Source of the DNA: a virus
Taxonomy: Duplodnaviria; Caudoviricetes
Reading direction: 5' to 3' (one strand)
IMG/VR virus record: IMGVR_UViG_3300046786_000093
Span: 1-35,118 of that record
DNA length: 35,118 nt
Both the position numbers and the translations under genes were made by a program. The first letter of the stretch is position 1, and each line of letters starts with the position of its first letter. Below the pieces are notes generated by a model that worked only from the letters and a program-made list of their open reading frames with translations, had not been told where the DNA came from and did no database searches. Positions 34,968-35,118 of this stretch are shown one piece after another.

Positions 34968-34987
34968 ATATCACCTTTTTTCATAAA

Positions 34988-35118
34988 TGTTAATTCCTTG
35001 AGGCAAGCACTCCTGCTTCAAGGATTGCCTGTAGGCGTGCTTTCAAACGCTCTAGTCCTTTAAGCGTGTGAAACAGGTCCGAGCGGTGCTGGTCGTCACC
35101 TAGTGCGGTGGTGCGCCA
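34988..35118. repeat. Terminal direct repeat / circular overlap, copy 2
   Basis: Matches 1-131 with 3 mismatches at 35101, 35103 and 35104. Confidence 0.95.

Overview
The window is an apparently complete genome (about 34,987 bp unique) of a podovirus-like dsDNA phage; positions 1-131 recur at 34988-35118 with 3 mismatches. The host is probably an alphaproteobacterium, judged from a GapR/DUF2312 gene and an RpoA alpha-CTD-like domain containing PNFGRKSLNE. A divergent promoter region at about 12.95-13.07 kb drives two arms. The short + strand arm encodes ERF, an HNH nuclease, YqaJ exonuclease, a Ref-like nuclease, GapR and SSB. The long - strand arm encodes a Cro-like HTH, DUF1064 nuclease, a DnaA-C-like protein, an initiator with internal iterons, small membrane proteins, a ParB-methylase, TerS, TerL and portal, then continues across the junction with scaffold, capsid, tail, lysis, nozzle and ejection proteins and an SLT. 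I recognise no integrase, CI, polymerase or helicase. The most striking element is a 279-aa intein in TerL. Its central region is a stop-free low-complexity linker in the TerL frame, while the overlapping -1 frame of the same strand encodes a complete HNH/zinc-finger endonuclease. All family assignments come from motif recognition by eye, not from database searches.
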